From positions 121,644,001-121,708,000 of the forward strand of contig OZ024745.1 in the NCBI GenBank assembly GCA_964016885.1: 64,000 nt of DNA. The letters run 5' to 3'. The notes below the pieces were generated by a model, which saw nothing but the letters and a program-made list of their open reading frames with translations, made no database searches and was not told the origin of the DNA. Shown here one piece after another: positions 36,801 through 47,880 of this stretch. The position numbers were made by a program, and so were the translations under genes. Origin of the DNA: Eledone cirrhosa (lineage: Eukaryota). Numbering within the stretch: position 1 is the first letter of the stretch; every line of letters starts with the position of its first letter.

Positions 36801-38945
36801 TGGATTGGCAGTATCGGTAGAGGATTGGACACCATGCTTTGCAGCATAGAGTTACGTCCCTTTACAGTCTGAGTTCAAATCCCACCGAGGTTAACTGTGC
36901 TTTTCATCCTTACGGAGCCGATAAAATAAAGTACCAGTAATAGACTGGCGGTAATTGCTGGCCTTGTGCCAAAAGTAGAAACAATTATATTATTTATAAT
37001 ATATAAATTAATGATTTTATTTATTATATATTATTTACAATTTGCGTGTAGAAATAGGGTTGGAGAACGCTGAGGGTATTACGTAGCCGTGAGGGGGGGT
37101 GGGCAAAAGTTTAAGAACCTCTGTTTTAACCCTTTATTACTCTATATATATTATTGTATTTCAGTCATAAAGGCTTTATCTTACATAATTATCTCACATA
37201 ATATCGAATCTATGAGATTTTTATGTTATTTATTTCGAGAACAATACCTTAATATAAGTATGAGTGGCCAGTTACAACCAGTTTGAACAGGAAGAGGCAA
37301 GAGAATTCTGGCCGTATACGGCCGGTTTAAATGCTAAAGGGTTAAACTTTAGTAATTAGAAAGGTGAAGGACAATGTCAAGCATTTCTAAGGCCCACTGA
37401 AATACCATGATGGACACACAAACATCTAGTGTGGTACCTAAACAATTGGTTGCAGCAATTACAGGGATTTAATTGATTTGAATTAGAAAAGCATAGGAAT
37501 AATATTTCAAAAAGTCAAAGATTTATTAAAAAAAAAGAACTTTAACCCTTTCGTTAACATATTTCTGATGAATGAAGCCGTTTATGATTATCAGTTAATT
37601 TTGAAAATATCCAAAAATTAGGGTGGATTTTGTAATATAACTTCTTATCGTGTCTACAAGAGTGTCAGTTACAGAACTTAGCTAGATGTGGTTCCACCCC
37701 AGCTGAACACATTGCTGTCCTTTCTCATTAAGCTCTGCCAAGTCCAATGCTGTGCAGGGATTTTCCAGCAGGGGGTATATCAGGAGGTGCTGCATAGTCT
37801 GTGGTTCGATGCTGCAGTCACACACAATTACCTTTCTTGTTATTTATCTGTTGTCAGGAAAAAGGTTCTTACATAAAATTATAATGAAAAGTTTTCAGAG
37901 AAATATATACAGCTTATTATCATAGAACTGGGGCGGTTACAGGTAGTTTTATGTCACAAGAGTTATGGAGAACAGGCCAAGTTGGCACTGGTGGGATTTC
38001 TGCTCAGATCATAAAGCACTATAGTGAAATACTGCCAAAAATTATATCCATATATATAATAGGGCATTTCTTATTTTACACAAAATTCTTTTTTTTTTCT
38101 CTTTTAATATCATATTTATAACGAAAGACATAACTTATAATTTTCAAATAATTTTAAAAATAATCAAGAATTTGGATGGATTTAGTAATATAACTAACTT
38201 TTTGGTATTTGGAACTGTCAGGTCAGGCTTCTGTTTGCTACTGGTACCATGAAGCCCAGTACAACCTGTTTCATGGTTGAGTGGTCAATGATTAAACTGG
38301 TCCCCCACCAGAGCCTCATCTGATAGGAAGGGTAAGTGGAACCCCAGCAGCACAAAAGAGGAGCTGTCAAAGGGTGGATGAACTCAGAGTCAACGGCCAT
38401 TCATCCTAACAATGGATTAAATAGCCTCACTAATCCGCAATTGGCCAAGCATAGTGAATATGGCTACACCCCTACACAAAACTAAACAGAAAGTGGTGGA
38501 GGTCAATCAGGGAAAGGTTCCTCCAACAGGAGAGAGATGGCCCTGGATTGGTTTGGAACATAACATATGAAAGTTTCTTACATAAAATTATGATGGAAGG
38601 GTTTGGGATAAATATAATCACTTCAAAACAAGTAGTTTTATATCATAGAACCAAGGCCAGTTTCAGGCAGTTTCGTATCAAAATGGTTAACTTGTGGAAA
38701 CTTACTACATTAAAAATTAAATTGATAGTATTTTTTTTAATGCTGTGTTTTAATTTATTATTTCCAGGTATTCTGTAATTGGTTTTGGAGGCGCACCAGT
38801 GGAAGCAATCTCTGTGACAGCAATCATTATTATTGCTGTTGGTCTTGGTCTTCCTGTGCTGTTGATAGTCATTGGTGGAATCTTCCTGTGTTATAAAAAA
38901 AGAAAGAGTGACTATACACCAGTCTATGGCACAATTTCAACCTAA
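14589..38945 (+). CDS. GLMP: Glycosylated lysosomal membrane protein (GLMP/NCU-G1), 6 coding exons, 385 aa
   Basis: join(14589..14669,26870..27109,27901..28077,34393..34608,36088..36353,38768..38945) = 1158 nt; all introns GT-AG with compatible phases (0,0,0,0,2). Signal peptide, 13 N-x-S/T sequons, family motifs [20 protein letters not shown] and FIQWKAVCY, one C-terminal TM helix and a Tyr-based tail. Confidence 0.92.
15660..16185 (+). mobile_element. CRE-clade-like non-LTR retrotransposon 3' fragment (restriction-like endonuclease domain)
   Basis: [63 protein letters not shown] is a PD-(D/E)xK RLE signature. Confidence 0.8.
16310..16725 (+). mobile_element. RTE-like LINE 3' fragment (family B)
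   Basis: [39 protein letters not shown]; (GAA)n tail. Confidence 0.8.
17130..17650 (+). mobile_element. RTE-like LINE 3' fragment (family B)
   Basis: [53 protein letters not shown]. Confidence 0.8.
17808..18163. mobile_element. Putative TIR element (MITE), superfamily unassigned
   Basis: About 48-bp imperfect inverted repeats: aactcccaagatgctggcaatcgactttt...ggaaaacggaa and ttccgttttcc...agtcgattgccagcatcctgggtgtt. Confidence 0.6.
19513..20018. repeat. 44-bp minisatellite, 11.5 identical copies
   Basis: Unit agaaaataactgtaataacagtcaatcactacagataatagtgg; no spacers. Confidence 0.95.
20502..20848. mobile_element. hAT (Charlie-like) MITE
   Basis: CAGAGGTATGCAA...TTGCACACTCCTG termini; 8-bp TSD gtttataa/gtttatca. 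Confidence 0.8.
21085..21275 (-). mobile_element. piggyBac-type MITE family 1
   Basis: Reverse complement of 7670-7867. Confidence 0.75.
22363..22892. repeat. About 19-22-bp minisatellite (atatataaaccatactatgtt)n, roughly 25 copies
   Basis: Seen directly. Confidence 0.9.
23555..23754. mobile_element. hAT (MER5/Charlie-like) MITE
   Basis: (C/T)AGCGTTTCTCAA...TTGAGAAATGCTG termini; 8-bp TSD atctaaac/ctctaaac. Confidence 0.75.
25065..25470 (+). mobile_element. Two adjacent piggyBac-type MITE family 1 copies
   Basis: Two successive units, each ending TAAATGCTAAAGG(G/T)TTAA. Confidence 0.75.
26870..27109 (+). CDS. GLMP: GLMP exon 2
   Basis: tactag|ATT...GAT|gtaagt; [35 protein letters not shown]...YSFGMIFND (cf. 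human HIRAVGTNSTLHYVWSS). Confidence 0.9.
27195..27395. repeat. About 47-bp tandem repeat (about 4 copies) from the RTE-tail repeat family
   Basis: Unit taaagtggtcatgtaggtgtcatgataaaaagcacccagtacacactg; the reverse complement array is at 60140-60340. Confidence 0.8.
27901..28077 (+). CDS. GLMP: GLMP exon 3
   Basis: ttttcag|ATT...TCA|gtaagt; [13 protein letters not shown]...NGTFQFS. Confidence 0.9.
28950..29095 (-). mobile_element. tRNA-derived SINE (second family) head
   Basis: Minus strand GGCGCATGGCTTAGTGGTTAG (A-box)...GAGTTCATTTCTC...TTGAGCAAGACACTTTATTTCAC; related copy at 35650-35765 (+). Confidence 0.65.
29105..31095 (+). mobile_element. 5'-truncated, inactivated RTE-clade LINE (RT domain, Cys/His module, C-terminus and 3' tail)
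   Basis: [45 protein letters not shown]; the YADD tyrosine is mutated to TAG at 30058-30060; then [43 protein letters not shown]. The 3' tail is shared with dispersed short repeats. Confidence 0.92.
31110..31410 (+). mobile_element. Non-LTR retrotransposon 3' fragment (RTE-like, different family)
   Basis: [47 protein letters not shown]. Confidence 0.75.
31420..32075. repeat. (TA/TG)n microsatellites with two RTE-tail SINE-like fragments (31597-31740, 31770-31990)
   Basis: Both fragments end ...ccatgctagc(a/g)tg(g/a)aagatagac.ttaaacgat(gat)n. Confidence 0.75.
32076..33363 (+). mobile_element. Non-autonomous Helitron, apparently complete, with an internal array of about 92-bp units
   Basis: A|TC 5' end at 32076; 3' hairpin cccgagcaacgtcggg (33336-33351); CTAG|T at 33360-33364; no TSD. 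The 3' portion recurs in reverse at 63861-64000. Confidence 0.75.
32611..33070. repeat. About 92-bp tandem repeat, 5 copies
   Basis: Unit atatcctctatgaggtcactaaacctgctagaaacagcagctaactctcccc...tactgtcttaaatttagaaaac. Confidence 0.9.
33420..33850. repeat. Long (TA)n / AT-only tracts
   Basis: Seen directly. Confidence 0.95.
34393..34608 (+). CDS. GLMP: GLMP exon 4
   Basis: ctcttcag|TTC...AGG|gtaagt; [15 protein letters not shown]...TRFALGV...[13 protein letters not shown] (human SIDDEYAPAVF). Confidence 0.93.
34640..35200 (-). mobile_element. RTE-like LINE 3' fragment (family B)
   Basis: Diverged homolog of 11807-12337. Confidence 0.75.
36088..36353 (+). CDS. GLMP: GLMP exon 5
   Basis: ccacag|ATG...TG|gtaaga (phase 2); [10 protein letters not shown]...[21 protein letters not shown]. 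Confidence 0.92.
36640..37123. mobile_element. hAT-type MITE containing a SINE A copy (36797-36988, +)
   Basis: CAGGGGTTCTCAAA...TTTAAGAACCTCTG termini. Confidence 0.7.
37130..37341 (+). mobile_element. piggyBac-type MITE family 1
   Basis: TTAA|CCCTTTA...TAAAGGG|TTAA. Confidence 0.85.
38768..38945 (+). CDS. GLMP: GLMP exon 6 (TM helix and cytoplasmic tail)
   Basis: tttccag|G completes the Trp codon; [58 protein letters not shown]. Confidence 0.93.
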
Positions 38946-39484
38946 CAAACAATTGCAGTAGTTGTTACTAATCAGCAAGAAAAATATACAAAAGACATTT
39001 AAAAAAAATTGTTCCATGATTCAGAAATCGTGACATTTTGATATTTTTTAAAACTTGATTACATCCACTCAAATCATCCATTTAAAAAAAAATCTGCTCT
39101 TTTTCTGACAATGTTTTCATTTGAACTTCGTTAATCCAATCTAATCGTTTATTCATCATCTTATCTCTAATAATTAATCTACACTATCCATTCCCTTTAG
39201 GAAGAAATCAACATTTGTCTTATGTGGGAAAAAAAAGCTAACTTCATTAAATCATTTATAATTTTTAATTGTTCCATAACTTTAAAATAATTTTTTTATT
39301 TTTATTTGCAGAATTTCTATTTATGCCAATTTACTTCGACAAATGATACATTACTGCTTTAATTTTCAATTTTGTACACACACATATTACTGCTTTTATT
39401 CCTACTATAACTTTCTTAAAAATATGTATCGGTGGCCAGTATTTGTGTGTGTGACTGAGTTAAATGTGTTTTATTTTGTTTTTC

Positions 39485-40460
39485 TTCACTCACTTATTCC
39501 TCAGAGGGTCATGGAGGCAGAGTCCTTAAACACCCCACCCCTCCCAGCAGATCTTGTCAGAAGCAACCATCTCCAAGTGATCTGGCTGGATCTCCAAGCA
39601 TGACCAGCCAAGCTCATGGATGTTATCCAACCATTTTGCTCAGGGTCTCCTTCCGGTTGGTTATGCCCATAAAATCTGTCCAGTGATTCTTTCCTGTGAT
39701 ATTCTAACCGCATGTCCATAGTATCGGAGCTGTGATCTCTCAATTCAGAGAAGTAGTGGTTCTACTTGGAGTGACTCTCTGATCTCTGAGTTACGTACTT
39801 TATCGAGTAACGTTACTCCAAAAACCCTTCCGAGGAACCCGATTTCAGCCTCTTGTATTCGCGATCGTATTCTTTCGGTCATTACCTGAGATTCATGACC
39901 ATAGATAAGGGTTGGCACAAAACCAAATTGAAGAAAGTAAGTTTGGTTTTTACGCATACCTCCCTTTCGTCTGATTACTGAATGCTGAAGCTACCACATT
40001 ACTGCACCAGCTCCCACAATTCATCATCATCATCATCACTGTTTTACGTCCGTTCTTCCACGCTAGCATGGGTTAGACGGGTTGTCCTGTTGTGGGCAGT
40101 GTCTGGTCGGCTGACCATGCTTTGCTCATACAGGAACTGATTTGGCTTGATTTCTACAGCTGGATGCCCTTCCTAACACCAACCTCATTTACAGTGAGTG
40201 CTGGGTGCTTTTTCGTGGCGCCTACACGTCCACTTTACAGTGTGGGCTGGGTACTTTTTTGCCATGGCACCTCCACGACCACCTTGCAGTGGGAGGGTGT
40301 GGGGGCATATTGTCTATATGCTTCAGCTTGTACCCATGGGAGGCCGGGTACTCTGTATTACTGCGTGACGCCAGAGGTCACGGTCGTGTGTCATTCTTGC
40401 ACTTAATTCAGCCTCCTGCCTTTCATCACTCGTGAACAGGGCTCCGAGATACTTGAACTT
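39485..40460 (-). mobile_element. RTE-like family B fragment interrupted by an RTE-tail element (about 40022-40390)
   Basis: [29 protein letters not shown]; the sequence resumes at about 40393 (attcttgcacttaattcagcc, as at 35140). The insert matches the reverse complement of the 30900-31095 tail. Confidence 0.8.
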
Positions 40461-40727
40461 CTCAATGCTCTTCAATGGAACTTGTCAAATTAGAATTAAG
40501 AAAATACAAACAACAATTAAAACAAATTCTGAATCATTTGAATAATACAAATAACAAATAAAACAAATTCAAAATTGGTGCAGGCTTTGCTGTGAGGCTA
40601 AGAAATTCACTTAGCAACGACATGATCTTCATTTCTAACCTACTGCATAGTATCTTGGACCGACCGATGCCTTGTGAGTGAATTTGGTAGATGTAAATAG
40701 TAAACAAGCCTGTCACATATATAAATA

Positions 40728-41040
40728 CAGTTGTCCCCTGGTAGTTGTAGGGGTTACATTCCTAGAAGAGTGAAAAACCACCAATATTGGACGTGGTCCA
40801 TAAAAATGCCTATAAACATCAAAATATAATGTAAAATATAGACCGGCAAATACGGTATATTGTTATTAATAATTTAGTGTTAAAAAGCATGAAAAATATA
40901 TATATGGCCACGAAAAAAGGCATTAAAAAATTGTGGAAGATATTTACGATTCTGCGAATATGTAGTGGTTTCCACAAACAATTATTAGTTATCTTCTGAG
41001 GAAAATTCCAATAATAACCAGGACCACAAATGCCACACTG
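40728..41040. mobile_element. Tigger/pogo-like MITE
   Basis: TA|CAGT...ACTG|TA; 5' part matches 813-925. Confidence 0.6.
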
Positions 41041-42544
41041 TATATATGTGCGTGTGTGTGTGTGTGTCTGTTTATCTCCTCTCGATATTACACATAAATT
41101 ACTGATTGATACTGGCGATGTGATACACAGGTTACATTTCATTTTTTCTTTTCATTTTTTCTTTCCCTTTCTCCCATCCTTTCTTTCTGATGAAAGATTT
41201 ACACCCAAAATAATAGAGATATTTATTTCTCTGAGCATCAATTAATACGTAAAAACAATAACTTTTACCTTGCTTTTCGTGTGGTTATTTTTCATTGTGT
41301 TATCTTTATTTTATCTGTCTATGTGTCTTGGCTTTTAGAATAGATACACTACCTCGACAGGATTCCAATCTTTTCTCTAACCCATGCTAGCGTGGTAGAT
41401 GGACGTTCAATGATGATGAGTTTGAAATTCTGTAGTCCTGATCTTTTCATCATCATCGTTTAACGTCCATCTTCCACACTGTCATTACTTCAAAATAAGG
41501 ATTGTGGTTGTCAAAGTTAGCAAAGTGATCTACTGTCCTTATTCTGGAAGAATTCAAAGTGCTGCAGATAGCCTGCATGCAGTCCCCACCTGTTTCTAAA
41601 ATGAATTTTTCTGTATTCCTCACCATATAATACAATGTAATGCTCATTGTTCTGAGTACATTATGAATGTGTCTTATTTTCTTCAATCTATACATAAATT
41701 TCTGTGATTTTGTCACATTTAAAGAGAGAGGAGTAGTTTGACTACCTCATACTACTCCTCTCTCTTTATGTCTGCTGCTTGTGTGAATGTATGTGTGTAT
41801 AAAAGGGAGGAAGGGGGTGATGAAAAAACTATAGCAAAATAGTGGCTGGTGTTCCATATGTTATGCTGTGTTTGTGTGAATGTATGTATGTGTTTGTGTG
41901 AATGTATGTCTGAGTGTGTAGTTTTGTAAGTGCATCTGTGTTTGCACATTTATATTTATATACTCCTACATATAAATGTATACATATGCACATACACACA
42001 GGCACACATATATACACATATGCATTAACATGTTAAAAAAAACCCTAACTGCATTAAATTTTTCAATAGATTTGAACTCTTAAACAAGCTTCCGATCATA
42101 ATATATTTGATCAATTAGCCTTGCTACTAGCATAGACTCAGCATAGACTTAGTTCACTGCTAATCAAAGCTTGGTTCACTTCTATTTTTATAAATCACTT
42201 TTTTAGGATGATTTCTTTATGCTGTAGAATATAGTTATGCTGTGTTACTGCTATATACGACAGGCTTCTGTTGTTTCTAGCTACAAAATTTCACAATGCA
42301 TTCATCAACCCAAGGTTATAGTAGAAGACACTTGCCTATGGTGCCATGCAGTGGGACTGAATTGGAAGCCATGTGGTTGCGAGGTGAACTTCTTAACCAT
42401 ACAACCATGCCTGCACCTACATATCATCATCATCATCACCGTTTTACATCCATTTTTCCACACTAGCATGGGTTAGACGAGTTGTCCCATTGTAAGAAAA
42501 ATCAGATCAAATGACAATGTCTTGTTCATACAGAACTGTTTCTG

Positions 42545-43572
42545 GCTTAGTTTCTATGGCTGGATGCCCTCCCTAATGCCAACCACTTTACAGTGTGTAC
42601 TGGGAGCTTGGTTTCTATGGCTGGATGCCCTCCCTAATGCCAACCACTTTACAGTGTGTACTGGGAGCTTGGTTTCTATGGCTGGATGCCCTCCCTAATG
42701 CCAACCACTTTACAGTGTGTACTGGGAGCTTGGTTTCTATGGCTGGATGCCCTCCCTAATGCCAACCACTTTACAGTGTGTACTGGGAGCTTGGTTTCTA
42801 TGGCTGGATGCCCTCCCTAATGCCAACCACTTTACAGTGTGTACTGGGAGCTTGGTTTCTATGGCTGGATGCCCTCCCTAATGCCAACCATTTTACAGTG
42901 TGTACTGGGAGCTTGGTTTCTATGGCTGGATGCCCTCCCTAATGCCAACCATTTTACAGTGTGTACTGGGAGCTTGGTTTCTATGGCTGGATGCCCTCCC
43001 TAATGCCAACCACTTTACAGTGTGTACTGGGAGCTTGGTTTCTATGGCTGGATGCCCTCCCTAATGCCAACCACTTTACAGTGTGTACTGGGAGCTTGGT
43101 TTCTATGGCTGGATGCCCTCCCTAATGCCAACCACTTTACAGTGTGTACTGGGAGCTTGGTTTCTATGGCTGGATGCCCTCCCTAATGCCAACCACTTTA
43201 CAGTGTGTACTGGGAGCTTGGTTTCTATGGCTGGATGCCCTCCCTAATGCCAACCACTTTACAGTGTGTACTGGGAGCTTGGTTTCTATGGCTGGATGCC
43301 CTCCCTAATGCCAACCATTTTACAGTGTGTACTGGGAGCTTGGTTTCTATGGCTGGATGCCCTCCCTAATGCCAACCACTTTACAGTGTGTACTGGGAGC
43401 TTGGTTTCTATGGCTGGATGCCCTCCCTAATGCCAACCATTTTACAGTGTGTACTGGGAGCTTGGTTTCTATGGCTGGATGCCCTCCCTAATGCCAACCA
43501 CTTTACAGTGTGTACTGGGAGCTTGGTTTCTATGGCTGGATGCCCTCCCTAATGCCAACCACTTTACAGTGT
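42545..43572. repeat. 61-bp minisatellite (about 17 copies) inside an RTE-tail element
   Basis: Unit ggagcttggtttctatggctggatgccctccctaatgccaacca(c/t)tttacagtgtgtactg; a single-copy version occurs at 28825-28885 and 40144-40205. Confidence 0.95.
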
Positions 43573-44345
43573 GGATTGGGCGCTTTTTGTCATGTCATCA
43601 TGACGGCCACTTTGTGGATTGGGCACTGGAGGTGAGGGTGATGTATGTACATAGGGTGGGGATTGGAGAGGTAGGTCTAGGCTGAGGTACTTAACTGGTG
43701 AAGGTTGGATTGTTAGGACCTGGGAGGTGTTTGGAAGGGGAGAGGTGGTGCATACTAGAGACCACTTGATGTTTGCTTCAACCCATGCATATGGGAAAGT
43801 GAGTCTTCTGCAGTACTGCATAATGCCAGAGATCTCGATCCTGTGTCATTGCCTTTAAGAAGTGCAATTATGCGAGGTCGGTTTTTATCACCTCATCCCA
43901 AGCCTTCCTAGGTCTTCCTCTTCTATAGCTTCCATCAACTTTGAGCACTCAGCACCCTTTTATACAACTGTTAGCCTTCATGTACATCACATGTCCATCC
44001 ATCGCAATCTCCTCTCCTGCATATTGTATGAACATACACACAGAGAAGAAAGTGGTTAAAATAGTGGTTTTTATCTCATTCCTTAAAAAAATTAGTATAA
44101 CCATTAATCCTACTGTCCTTAGGTTTAAGAATAACACACACACATACACTCACATACAGCCACTCACAGTCACTCACACACACTCATACACTCATATACA
44201 CACACGCACACAACATAACTGAAGATAACCAGTAAAAATATAACTTCCATAAATAGTAAGCCTGCAGATAACAGCCTAAAAATCCACATAACAATGATCA
44301 AATCTCAAAGCTAAAATTTAAAGTACTTATTATTATTACCAACAC

Positions 44346-46160
44346 TGGCGGTGGATTGGCAGTATTGGTAGAGCATCAGACACGATGTTTTGCAGCATAG
44401 AGTTACGGCTCTTTATGATCTGAGTTCAAATCCCGCCGAGGTTAGTTTTGCCTTACATCTTTACGGGGTCGATAAAATAAAGTACCAGTAATGCACTGGT
44501 GCTTCCCCTAAAATTGCTGGCCTTCTACCAAAATAGAGACAATTATTACCAATAGTTGACTGGTATTTTATTTTATCAACCCTGGAAGGATGAACGACAA
44601 AGTTGACTCTTAATCCCATTGAAGTTAACTTTGCTTTTCAAAATTCAGGAATTGATAGCATAAAGTACCAGATAAATACTGGTGTTAATATAACCAACTT
44701 TCCCCTGCCAACAAAATTGCTGACCTTGTACCAAAGTTAGAAATCATTATTGTTGCTGTTACTATTGCCAGGTAAATTTAAATGAAATTGGTTAGATGGA
44801 AACCTGTTAGATGTCTTGTAATTCAAAGGGCCAGCCTTGTAATACACTGTCACAGTGTGCTTAAATTACAAACAGTTATTATTATTGGCAAAATCCTTTG
44901 CAATATTTGTTTTGGCTTTTTACTTTTTGAGTTCAAATCCTACCACAGTCAACTTTACCTTTCATCCTTTTGGGGTCCTTCTTCGTTTCTTTGCCCACTT
45001 ATTCCTGGGAGGGTCATGGGGGCAGAGTCCTCCAGTGCAATGGGTCCTGTCAGAAGCAACTGTCTACAACCGATCTGGCTGGATCCCCAAGCATGACCAG
45101 CCAAGCTCATGGATGTTATCCAACTATCTTGTTTCGGGTCTACCCCTAGGTCTCCTACCTGTTGGTTTTTCCCATAAAATCTGTCCAGCGATTCTTTCCT
45201 GAGACATTCTAACCACAAGCCCATAGTATCACAGCTGTGATCTCTCAATTCAGAGAAGTAGTGGCTCTAACTGGAGAGACTCTCTTTTGGGGTTGATAAA
45301 ATAAAATATCAGTTAAGTACTTTACCTTTCCCTGAAATAGTTTGTCTTGTGCTAATGTTAGAAAGAATTGTATGCTTTGTTGTATTTCATTTCATCTCTG
45401 TGCTCTGGGTTCAAGTCCCATCAGGCTGGCAGTACTTTTCATTTAATAAAAACTGAATAACTGATATATATACTGGCATCTCTTTAAGTGACTAAAGCAC
45501 ATTATTATTGTTGGGCGGTAGATTGGTAGTATCGGTAGAGTGTCAGATACCATACTTGGTAGCATAGAGTTATGGCCCTTTACGTTCTTCAAATCCTGCC
45601 GAGGTTAACTTTGCCTTTCATCCTTACGGGGTCGATAAAATAAAGTACCAGTAATGTATTGGGTAATTGCTGGCCTTGTGCCAAAAGTAGAAACAACTAT
45701 TAAATTGTTTAATATTTAGTTACAGCTCATTATATTCTAAGTTCAAATTTACCTTTCGAGGTCAACTTTACCTTTCGTCATTTTGAGGTCGATAAAATAA
45801 AGCATGAGTCAAAAACAGCCTTCCTCTTCCACCCAAAATTGTTGGCCTTGTGCCTTAATTAGAAACCATTATTACATACTATAGGGCGGTGGATTAGCAG
45901 TATCGATAGAGCGTCAGACACCATGTTTTGCAGCACAGAGTTATGGCCCTTTACGTTCTGGGTTCAAATCCTGCCTTTCATCCTTACATGGTCGATAAAA
46001 TAAAGCACCAGTTTGCAGCATAGAGTTATGCCCCTTTATGGTCTGAGTTCAAATCCCGTCGAAGTTAACTTTGTCTTTCATCCTTACAAGGCCGATAAAA
46101 TAAAGTACCAGTAATGCACTGGGATAATTACTGGCTTTGTGCCAAAAGTAGAAACAATTA
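44346..46160 (+). mobile_element. Cluster of SINE family A copies (about 44346-44548, 44610-44750, 45513-45700, 45735-45870, 45884-46160) plus an RTE family B fragment (44975-45285, minus)
   Basis: Repeated A-box, B-box and core. Confidence 0.8.
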
Positions 46161-46439
46161 TTATTTTTCTGGGTTAATTTTGTATTTAGGAGTGAATTAC
46201 AAGAAAATAAATTTTGTGTTCTAATGCATTTTATGCTAATTCGCATTTACATAAGAATCTAATACTCTGCACAATATATATATTAGCATATTGTACACCA
46301 TTCCTAAGAGTTTCTACCACTATGGCTGTACATCTCTTTAGAGACCACATATCTTGATGTCTCAAATATGTTTTTCCTTTGCTTCCATTCAATTATAGTA
46401 TATCCAGTTATGACAATTTTGATTTTACACAATCTAATT

Positions 46440-46880
46440 TTTTTCTCCATTACATCACTAGTAAGTCTATTTTTCTCCACTACATCACTAATAAGTCTCT
46501 TTTCTCCCCACTACATCACTAATAAGTCTCTTTTCTCCCCACTATATCACTAATAAGTCTCTTTTCCCCCCGCTACATCACCAATAAGTCTCTTTTTCCC
46601 CACTACATCACTAATAAGTCTCTTTTCCTCCCACTACATCACTAATAAGTCTCTTTTCTCCCCACTACATCACTAATAAGTCTCTTTTCCCCCTGCTACA
46701 TCACTAATAAGTCTCTTTTCCCCCCGCTACATCACTAATAAGTCTCTTTTCCCCCCACTACATCACTAATAAGTCTCTTTTCCCCCCACTACATCACTAA
46801 TAAGTCTATTTTCCCCCCACTACGTCACTAATAAGTCTCTTTTCCCCCCCACTACATCACTAGTAAGTCTCTTTTCCTCT
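46440..46880. repeat. About 30-bp minisatellite (actacatcactaataagtctcttttccccc)n, about 14 copies
   Basis: Seen directly. Confidence 0.9.
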
Positions 46881-47249
46881 ATTACGTGATTACATTGGCT
46901 ATTGAAGAAGCAAAGGGATTCCCATGTATATAAATGTGAAGTTCAGCCAGTACATTGATTAGGGGCCTGGAAAGTCAACGTGGATGTCAGTAAATATTTG
47001 ATAGTCCTGCTCTTTCCTCAAAATACATCTCAGCCGTCTTTGAGAGGAACTCCTCCCCTCCCTGGTCACTAAAAGCAGTCTTGTTTTGCCTTGCAAAATT
47101 TCTCTCATAGGCCTTGAAGCCTATGATGGTGAAAGATAATATTGACATCCACCACCTTATTTTTTGTAAAGGAATGTAACCAAATACCACAGGACATTTA
47201 GTCTGATATATACTAGTATTTCTGCCACTCCACACTTCTAATTGTTATA

Positions 47250-47880
47250 ATAATGGTTTCTTATATAGGCACAAGGCCATCAATTTTAGGTGAGGAGAAA
47301 GTCGATTAAATCGACCCCAGTGCGTGACTGGTACTTTATTTTATCGACCCCGTAGATTGAAAGGCAAAGTTAACCTCGGTGGCATTTGAACTCAGATCAT
47401 AAAGGGCTGTAACTCTATGCTGCAAAGCATGGCGTCCGACCCTCACCCCGAGCGGATAAATCTTTCCCTTTTTACTACTTGTTATAATAATAATTGTTTC
47501 TACTTTTGGCACAAGGCCAGCAATTACCCAGTGCATTACTGGTACTTTATTTTATCTACCCCGTAAGGATGAAAGGCAAAGTTCACCTTGGCGGGATTTG
47601 AACTCAGACTGTAAAGGGACGTAACTATGCTGGAAAGCATGGCGTCCGACCTAATATATGCACAAAGTCAGCAATTATCCCAATGCATTATTGGTGCTTT
47701 ATTTTATCGACCCCGTAAGGACGAAAAGCAAAGTTAAGCGAGCAATTTGGGGAAGAAGGGAAAGTCAATTTTAACAACCCCAGCACTTACTGGTATTTTA
47801 TTTTATCAACCTTGGCAGGATTTCAACTCAGAATGTAAATAGCCATTTGTACAATGCTCTAACAACTCTGCCAATCCATC
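47250..47880 (-). mobile_element. Cluster of SINE family A copies
   Basis: At least three to four successive family cores. Confidence 0.8.

Noticed and set aside
41453-41716. 87-aa minus-strand ORF as an exon of a hidden gene
   Set aside because: No recognisable homology, weak splice signals, and the end runs into an RTE-tail repeat.
44346-44440. tRNA gene
   Set aside because: A and B boxes are present, but they are the head of a multi-copy SINE with no complete cloverleaf.
46890-47235. Coding-like minus-strand ORF (..GFKAYERNFARQNKTAFSDQGGEEFLSK..)
   Set aside because: No recognisable family and no partner exons found; may be an old TE fragment. A BLASTx would settle it.
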